NCBI GenBank assembly: GCA_963693365.1
Contig: CAVNZM010000004.1
Coordinates: 4,652,564-4,716,563 of the forward strand
Reading direction: 5' to 3'
Source of the DNA: Amoebidium appalachense
Lineage: Eukaryota > Protista > Ichthyosporea
DNA: 64,000 bases
Below are positions 55,114-64,000 of this stretch, one piece after another. A program made the translations under genes and the position numbers. The notes beneath the pieces are model-generated. The model made no database searches and was not told where the DNA came from. It saw nothing but the letters and a program-made list of their open reading frames with translations. Numbering within the stretch: position 1 is the first letter of the stretch; every line of letters starts with the position of its first letter.

Positions 55114-55226
55114 TTATGAATCCGATTATCTAACCGACATGCAGGCTTACCCACGGCTAACTCATTTATTTTTTCTTGCAGGGCCGGCTGGATGAGTTTC
55201 AGTTCCGATTGCCGATCTCGCGTTGA
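51327..55226 (+). CDS. Mitochondrial fission factor (Mff/Tango11)-like tail-anchored protein (~135 aa)
   Basis: Exons 51327-51353, 51943-52057, 53064-53155, 53921-54049 and 55182-55226 splice in frame. Features: TDSLADLMQVPEKIVLSG motif, PPPR, a heptad coiled coil (LEKLKAEIALLRDEVAVLRRR), one C-terminal hydrophobic segment (WGLVFVQLLVGVYVA) and a short basic tail. The gene model is well supported; the Mff identity rests on motif and architecture similarity. Confidence 0.68.
52620..52800 (+). repeat. Dispersed poly-C-associated intronic repeat, two diverged adjacent copies
   Basis: ATGGGCTCTGCTCATGGTGCATACTCTATG...TGTACTTCGT...CTAACCCC and GTGGGCTCTACTTATAATGTATACTG... Confidence 0.65.
54105..54355 (+). 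repeat. Dispersed poly-C-associated intronic repeat, long copy plus adjacent partial copy
   Basis: CGGGTACTGTGGATGACGTGG-Cn-TGAGGATGGGCTCTGCTTATTATGCATACTCTTTATG...ACTTCGTAC...GCATTCAAA-Cn, followed by a second partial unit. Confidence 0.85.
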
Positions 55227-55741
55227 ATTTTTGGGTGCATCTTCGTAGTCCAAGGGTGTTCTAAAAACCACAATAATCGTACACGTCTCCCGGCTTATGG
55301 TTGGGTGACGAGGTCTTGGAGGAATTTGCGAATGATTTTACTCAAGATTGGTTTAGTGTTTCTTTCTATTCATTCTTCTTTTTGTGTGAGTGCCGTAAGC
55401 TAAACGGGCATAATTATTGAAAGAATCAATCGGGTTGTGTTGTTGCTTTTAGGCAGGTGTGTGCATGTCAAACATATAAGGTGTAGTAATACTTGTAAGT
55501 TAAAGTGTGTGTGCAGGTTTTTTGTGTGATAGTTCACGTGTGAGCTGGGTGCCTACCAGGCCTAGGTGTGGGTTTCAGAAAGAGAGCAGTAACTAAGTGA
55601 TCAGGGGGCCGATGTGGGGGAATAATGCATGTTGTGCTTCTACACGTAAGTTTTTTTTTTTTTAAACGAACGAGCATAAATTATTAATGGAAAGAGTACG
55701 AACTTGCATTGAGAGGAGCATCATCCTACAAGGTAATAAAT

Positions 55742-55844
<103 letters not shown>

Positions 55845-57324
55845 AACACATAAACACACACACACACGAACACACACACGCACACGCACACGTGCATATG
55901 TAGTCTGTAATAGTTAGACTGCACTGCGGCACCGTGACACGTGACAGCATGGTAACGGTGCACACTTGTACCGTACATGTATGCATGGCGGATATTATTG
56001 GGACATGTGTCGTTGACACACAGACTGACAGAACACATGCAGACTGATGCAGACTGATGACAGGGATACCCCTAGAATGAGTATCATACGGTACCGTAGA
56101 CGTAGGCTACGTATAGCGTATACTTCGAAGAGAATCACACTGCACAGCTCACGTACGTGACAGCCTGCCGTAAGAGTGGTGCTAATAATAATGTAATATC
56201 TTCTTGGGAACCGTTCAGGCAGCCTATCCACACCCTCGGTCAACGCATGCCTTACGAACATACCTCATGTATCTGTTGCTCTGACAAAAACTTGTACACC
56301 GTACATTTCAAAAGGGGAGCAAGAATACATTATACGGCTAATTAGGGCTGTATACGTAGGGTGTGCACTGTACGGTGCCCAGCCAAATGCATGCCACGTA
56401 CACGTGATTTTTTTGTGTTTGTCCTTTTTTTCGGCATCCATGCTTTCTATTGGCCAAATCTTCCCGCTAAAAAGCCCGTGGGAGCGCAGCAAATATTCAG
56501 CAGCCCTGCAGGCTGCAACCATAGGGCCTGGGCCACTGTACTGAGTGTACAATACACTCTAGCCTGCAGATAAAACACCTGGCTATCTATTTTTATTTTC
56601 AATAATTAAATTTATTTCTCTATGCAATAATAATTCTAGTTGGAAGAGTAACCAAACTGATTCGTTATCAGGGACACCCGGGGCCATAAGAGTGCTGTAA
56701 CAGTTTCAATATGGATTTGCCCCCTTCTCTTTATCTCCTAGGAATGTGATCTGCTGACGTGATAAGCGCGGCGCACGCGTTCACTGTGCACAACAGCGCG
56801 TTTCAAAGGAAGGTGCACTTTTCTGAAACCTAAACCAAAACAAGCCTTGGTTTGGAGGCTGGGCCCTGAAAGATTGAGTGCAGGTACGTCATGATACTCG
56901 CTGTGTTTTTCTTGACTGGTCTAACAGGGTGAATACTGGGTTATACCCCCTTTTCCTTTCGCTGATCTGCCATAGGTGTTGTCAAAGGCACCCCAACATC
57001 TGTGGTGCTTTCTCCTCTTCCCGTGCGTGAACCTGTGCACGTTGTGCCTTTGTTCTATTTTTGTTACAGTGGTTGTTGGGTGGTATCACTTGTTGAACAT
57101 ACGAGCCTTGATAATGTGTTGGAATTCGGTTTACACGCTTGCTCATAGCCAACTTGGTGACCTGAGGAATCCCGCTTTTTTCTTCCCCTCACCGGTGCAA
57201 AGACAGGTTTCGTTCTTTCTTAAAAGCTTTGCTTCGTCAGAGAGACGGGGGTGATACGGTCTGCGGCAAAAGGTCGGACTCAAGCTCTACAGCTGCTGAG
57301 GCTCTGGACACATCGAAAGAGCAA

Positions 57325-63432
<6,108 letters not shown>

Positions 63433-64000
63433 GTATAGACACAGGCACACACACACACACACACACGGACACGTACACAAATGAGACACACACAAGCACA
63501 CATGTGCGCATGCATGCAGGCAGACACGTTTGCTTGAACAACAGCAAAAGACACCAACGCACACACACACGTGCACGCCTGCGCGCGTGCGCGCGCAGAC
63601 ACATACACACACGAACAAACACATACACACACACACACAAACACGCCCACCCACCCACAGCAAACTAACACCAACACACACACACTCGCTCACGCATGCA
63701 TGCACACACGCGCGCACACACACACACATACGCGTACGTACGTACGTACGTACACAAACTGTCACGCGCTCGCTCACACAGCCAAATTTATACACATTCG
63801 CATGACAGACATGTCTAAGGACACACGTACACCACTCATGCCCACGATCGCACTCGAATATATGCACACATGAACACACACTAGTGTGCACATGCACACA
63901 CTTACACACACACATACACACATACACCACACAGATGCACACACACACACACCACACGCACCCACGCACCAACACAGATAGAACAACAAATATACCCCCA

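Overview
This is eukaryotic, intron-rich genomic DNA. Its introns are saturated with (CA)n/(GT)n, (CT)n and poly-C/poly-G tracts, and nearly all ORFs in the supplied track are translations of these repeats. Manual splicing gives eight gene models: a kinesin-7/CENP-E-like gene (-, runs off the left edge) head-to-head with a complete 16-exon NDOR1/Tah18 gene (+), a secreted TIMP/NTR-domain protein with three 8-Cys repeats (+), a secreted D/E-rich protein (-), a Spinster-like MFS transporter (+), a small unknown gene (-), a compact Mff-like tail-anchored protein (+), and a DGAT2/MOGAT acyltransferase (+, runs off the right edge). NDOR1 has a clear U12-type AT-AC intron, an intact intronic tRNA-Lys(UUU) and a decayed tandem tRNA-Leu array. 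A dispersed ~100-170 bp repeat sits between poly-C tracts in many introns. Gene content suggests an opisthokont, plausibly a unicellular holozoan such as an ichthyosporean (inference only). Most notable: the Mff-like gene, the TIMP-like protein, the AT-AC intron, the poly-C-embedded repeat family, (CA)n-defined 3' splice sites and a CDE/CHR-like element upstream of the kinesin. No prokaryotic features or CRISPR arrays were seen. No database searches were run; all exon models were built by hand.
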